Shown here one piece after another: positions 34,398-37,569 of a DNA stretch of 37,569 bases; within the stretch, counting starts at the first letter, position 1, and every line of letters begins with the position of its first letter. A model generated the notes under the pieces. It ran no database searches. It saw only the letters and a list, made by a program, of their open reading frames with translations, and was not told the origin of the DNA. The position numbers were made by a program, and so were the translations under genes. This stretch comes from a virus (Duplodnaviria > Caudoviricetes), in the IMG/VR virus record IMGVR_UViG_3300033565_000011, positions 1-37,569 of that record, one strand, 5' to 3'.

Positions 34398-36627
34398 GGC
34401 GTGCGCCCTTTCGGTTGGCCATCATGGCGGCCCAGGCTTGTTTGGCACGGGCGGCAAGCATGATGTCGGACGCTTCGGAGGATTCTGATTTTGGGCTTTT
34501 TTCCGGGTCGACCGCAGCAGGGTCTTGTTCAGACGTTTGCACTTGCCCGGCTTCCTCTTCCTGGTCAGGATCATCCGGCAGGTTGATGATCTTGACGATC
34601 GGATCATCCTGCACGATCAGCGTGCCCTGGCGAAGTCGCAGCTCATCGAGATCCCATTGCCCCGGCCGGCGCAAGTGCAGGCGCAGGTGACGGCTGAGGT
34701 AAAGGGCGTAGACCGTGCAGTCGAGTGCCTCATTGCGGCGGTCGGTGCGGGCTTTCCAGGCGCGGCGGCGCGGGTTGGTGCGGCTCGGGATCTTGATCTC
34801 GGAGAGCATCTGCTCATAGAAGTCATCGCGCACGCCTTCATACCAGTGCATGCGGCCGGAACCATTCCCGGCCAGACGGATGCGCCCGCCCTCTTGCGCC
34901 CAGCCGAGGATCAGATCCTTGGCCTTGGCGGTACCGACCATATTGACCTGCAGGCCGAACTTGCTGGCCTTGGTGGCTTTGCGGTTGGGGTCGACCACTC
35001 TCGGCGGCGTCCAGATTTCGATACGCCCCTCGGCATCGGCGGCGCCCTTGAGGGCGAGCACCGGGCGGGCCTGCCGGTTGTGTTTACGCACGAAGGCATA
35101 GGCGGCATCGCTAGTCTGGCCGTCCGAGCAGTCGATGCCGCAGCCGGCAATGCGCAGGTCGACGCCGGTCTGGGTGGCGACGGTCTTGTCGAGCATCTGC
35201 TCGAGCTCGATCCATGCGCCCTGGTGCGCGACGACGGTCTGGCCGTAGACCTCGCCCCAGTAGGCCAGCCACATTTCCTCGCCACGACCGACGACCCAAC
35301 AGGTGATGGCGAGGCGATCATGCTGCACGTCGACCGTCAGCAGCGGCACCAGGGCGCCGACCGGGACGGACCACTCGGCATACTTCTCGGCGCGCTTGCG
35401 CAGTTCCTCTTCCTCGGGAAGCTCGCCGGAGTACTCCCAGCACATGCCGCGCGTCGAGTTCCAGAAGGCGACCATCTCGGTCGGGTCGCCATGATCCATG
35501 AGGTGCTGGGCACGGAGGAACTTTTCGGCGAGGACTGGGACCCGGCTGCCGTCGAAAACACTCTGCAGCTCGTTGCAATAGAAGCCGGGATCGGGTGCGT
35601 CGGCGGTCGGTTCCCAGCCGTAGTACGGAGCGACGCGGGCAGCGGCGCGGATGTTGGCAATGCGCTCATCGTCGGACCAGATACCGCCACAGTGCGGGCA
35701 GGCATAGAAGGCATCTTCATGCCGGGCGCGGCCGTAGACCTCACGCGAGGGGTAGCGGGCATCGATGTCCGGGGCGTTAAGTTCCTCGGTCGTCAGGTTC
35801 ATGCCAGGGATGACGACGTGATCCCACTCGACTTCGTGACGCTCGCCGCAGTCGTGGCAGGTCACCATGAAGCGGCGCTGGTCGGTGGTCTTCATCTCCT
35901 TTTCGATTTCGGAGGCGCCCTTGGCCGTGGGCGAGCCGCCGATCAGCTCGAAGGAATTGCGGATTGTCTTGCCGCGTTCCCGCAGCAGCGCGATCGCATT
36001 GCCCTGCCCCTTGACGTCCTTGTTGGTGTCGTCCGGTTCCTCAACGATGCGGACCTTGGCCGAGGTGGATTTCACATCGGACGGCGAGTTCGACGCGACG
36101 AACTTGATCAGCCCGCCCGGGTAATGCTTGCGCGTGGCGCTGTTGCCATCGGAGCGCGACTTCAGGCGGATGCGCTTGGCCAGCTGCGCCGTGGCACGGA
36201 CCATCGGTGAAAACTTCTCGGCATCGAAATCCTTGGCCGATTTTTCGCGCGGGAACATGACGACCTGGACGCAAGGCTCCCAATGGACGTGATAGCCAAG
36301 CACGTTGCACACGACCCCGGCGGTGTAGCCCAGCTGCGCCGACTTCTGCACGATCACCCGCCGATTCTTGGCCGGGTTGCACTCAGCCAGGATGCCCCGC
36401 AGCGCGGGCGTGTTTTCCAGATCATAGGCGCCAGCGTAGTCGTTGGTTTCCTCCCTGGACAACACCCGGTAAGTCTCAGCCCACTCGATAATCGACAACG
36501 GCTTCGGCGGCTCGAGCTCAGCAAACACCCGGGCCAACATGGCATCCAAAGCAGCCGACGCCCAGCCGTGATCACCAGGAATATCCTGGAGCGCGATCTG
36601 ACGGTAGGTGACGGCTGGGGTGTTCAT
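34390..36627 (-). CDS. terL: Terminase large subunit, lambda gpA family
   Basis: KSAQLGYT Walker A, VEEPD, GSPT, CxxC pairs, VDVQ and RNEALDC. Confidence 0.95.
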   Translation of the reverse strand: MNTPAVTYRQIALQDIPGDHGWASAALDAMLARVFAELEPPKPLSIIEWAETYRVLSREETNDYAGAYDLENTPALRGILAECNPAKNRRVIVQKSAQLGYTAGVVCNVLGYHVHWEPCVQVVMFPREKSAKDFDAEKFSPMVRATAQLAKRIRLKSRSDGNSATRKHYPGGLIKFVASNSPSDVKSTSAKVRIVEEPDDTNKDVKGQGNAIALLRERGKTIRNSFELIGGSPTAKGASEIEKEMKTTDQRRFMVTCHDCGERHEVEWDHVVIPGMNLTTEELNAPDIDARYPSREVYGRARHEDAFYACPHCGGIWSDDERIANIRAAARVAPYYGWEPTADAPDPGFYCNELQSVFDGSRVPVLAEKFLRAQHLMDHGDPTEMVAFWNSTRGMCWEYSGELPEEEELRKRAEKYAEWSVPVGALVPLLTVDVQHDRLAITCWVVGRGEEMWLAYWGEVYGQTVVAHQGAWIELEQMLDKTVATQTGVDLRIAGCGIDCSDGQTSDAAYAFVRKHNRQARPVLALKGAADAEGRIEIWTPPRVVDPNRKATKASKFGLQVNMVGTAKAKDLILGWAQEGGRIRLAGNGSGRMHWYEGVRDDFYEQMLSEIKIPSRTNPRRRAWKARTDRRNEALDCTVYALYLSRHLRLHLRRPGQWDLDELRLRQGTLIVQDDPIVKIINLPDDPDQEEEAGQVQTSEQDPAAVDPEKSPKSESSEASDIMLAARAKQAWAAMMANRKGARRG

Positions 36628-36842
36628 TACTTTCCAGCCACTTCGCCTGAATTCAAAATAATTTTAGGGACCGGCGTACACAGCGCGCATTTCGGAGAAG
36701 TCATTCTTGGGTCCTTGTGGATACCCACATGCCACTCCCAGACGATGCAGATTGCCGGGCCAAAAAGTTTTCTGGGGGCTGCCTGATGCAGGCATTTCCC
36801 TTCGAACTTGTAGCTAGTGCAATTTACGTTTACCGGCATCAC
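36627..36842 (-). CDS. Small Cys-rich hypothetical protein
   Basis: Coupled between terS and terL; five Cys; lower GC. Confidence 0.55.
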   Translation of the reverse strand: MMPVNVNCTSYKFEGKCLHQAAPRKLFGPAICIVWEWHVGIHKDPRMTSPKCALCTPVPKIILNSGEVAGK

Positions 36843-37033
36843 TCACCACCCTCTTTTTTGACGCCGAACATGACCCGCATCGGAACGCCTGTTACCTCTG
36901 AAGCGATAGCGCCGAGGGCATCACAAACAGCTGATAACTCAGGCTCATCGATCCCTGATTTCTTAACCAGGTTATGAGCCGCCTCGGCAAATTCGCGTTT
37001 CAACACCACAAGACTTTTCGCAGCTTCCATCAC
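36839..37033 (-). CDS. Small hypothetical protein
   Basis: Overlaps the terS stop and the next start; lower GC. Confidence 0.55.
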   Translation of the reverse strand: MMEAAKSLVVLKREFAEAAHNLVKKSGIDEPELSAVCDALGAIASEVTGVPMRVMFGVKKEGGE

Positions 37034-37512
37034 TCATCCCCCTCTTCGTTTTCAACAATCTGCACGTCCTGCCAGCGCGACAGCTTCACCAGGAAGGCCT
37101 CATACGAAAGGGCTAGCAGGTCTTCCATTTCCTTGATCGTCTTCCCTGGCACTTCACGCGCCAGGCGAGCCGGCTCGTTGCGCCACATTTCCCGGGCAGC
37201 CACCATCGCAGCCCGCAATTTCGGTTCGATCTGATCGGCCGGCAGCAGCAGCCCGCGCTTCTCAGCCAGCTCGAGCTCGATCTTGTCGGCCTGCACCCGC
37301 GCCAAACGATCCTGCGGCTTCTCGCCCTGGACCTTCTTGACCTCGCGCGTTAGCAGCCAGTTGATGCACTCAGTCGCGTCATACAGACTCGGCACACCCG
37401 GCCCGCCACGCTCGGCGACCGGCATGCCATCGCGCTGCCAGTTGTCGATCGTCTCGCGCGACACGCCGAACATGTCGGCAATGCCCTGCTGACCGGTAAC
37501 CACCATGGCCAT
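37030..37512 (-). CDS. terS: Terminase small subunit, lambda Nu1-like
   Basis: wHTH IADMFGVSRETIDNWQRDGMP; AGGAGG RBS at 37523-37528; next to the genome end. Confidence 0.9.
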   Translation of the reverse strand: MAMVVTGQQGIADMFGVSRETIDNWQRDGMPVAERGGPGVPSLYDATECINWLLTREVKKVQGEKPQDRLARVQADKIELELAEKRGLLLPADQIEPKLRAAMVAAREMWRNEPARLAREVPGKTIKEMEDLLALSYEAFLVKLSRWQDVQIVENEEGDE

Positions 37513-37557
37513 AGTCAGTAAACCTCCTGAACGGCCCAGAACTGGCGAAACATCGGG

Positions 37558-37569
37558 GTGTGAATTACC
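37558..37569 (-). repeat. Terminal 12-nt repeat, putative cosN cohesive end, copy 2
   Basis: Identical to 89-100; 45 nt upstream of the terS ATG. Confidence 0.8.

Larger units (their letters stand above)
89..37569. mobile_element. Complete temperate lambda-like (cos) siphophage genome
   Basis: Packaging, head, tail, lysis, integration, immunity and replication modules are all present; identical 12-mers lie at both ends. Confidence 0.93.

Noticed and set aside
20334-36210. Long plus-strand ORFs 20334-21800, 29744-31339 and 34525-36210
   Set aside because: Antisense shadows of the tape measure, capsid and terminase genes.
36758-36772. Partial match GGCCAAAAAGTTTTC to the late box
   Set aside because: Lacks the AAACTA half of the dyad, lies in an ORF and has no correctly spaced start codon.

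Overview
After an Illumina adapter artefact (1-88), the window appears to be a complete ~37.5-kb temperate lambda-like siphophage genome (89-37569). It is bounded by an identical 12-nt sequence at each end that looks like filled-in cos cohesive ends, with a lambda cosQ-like GGGTCCT nearby. A betaproteobacterial host is only my impression from the protein families. Minus strand from the right end: terS, terL, Mor/C-like activator, head genes (portal, protease-capsid fusion), an accessory block (SGNH hydrolase, unknown gene, second tyrosine recombinase), tail genes and a holin/GH19/spanin lysis cassette. Centre: attP, int and xis. Plus strand: pL early operon (GNAT, ParB-H-NS fusion, exonuclease, ASCH-like), short repressor and DUF4124 gene. 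Minus-strand pR operon: cro, truncated Mor paralog, CII, primase-helicase, iteron origin, TraR-like and gpZ-like genes. The most striking feature is an apparent late-gene timing circuit: a Mor/C-like activator, three identical 21-bp boxes at apparently leaderless late promoters, and an early HTH-less paralog of the activator's dimerisation region that may act as a dominant-negative inhibitor. A catalytically intact, arm-less lambda-type recombinase inside the head module is also unexplained. All family calls come from motif recognition by eye; no searches were run.
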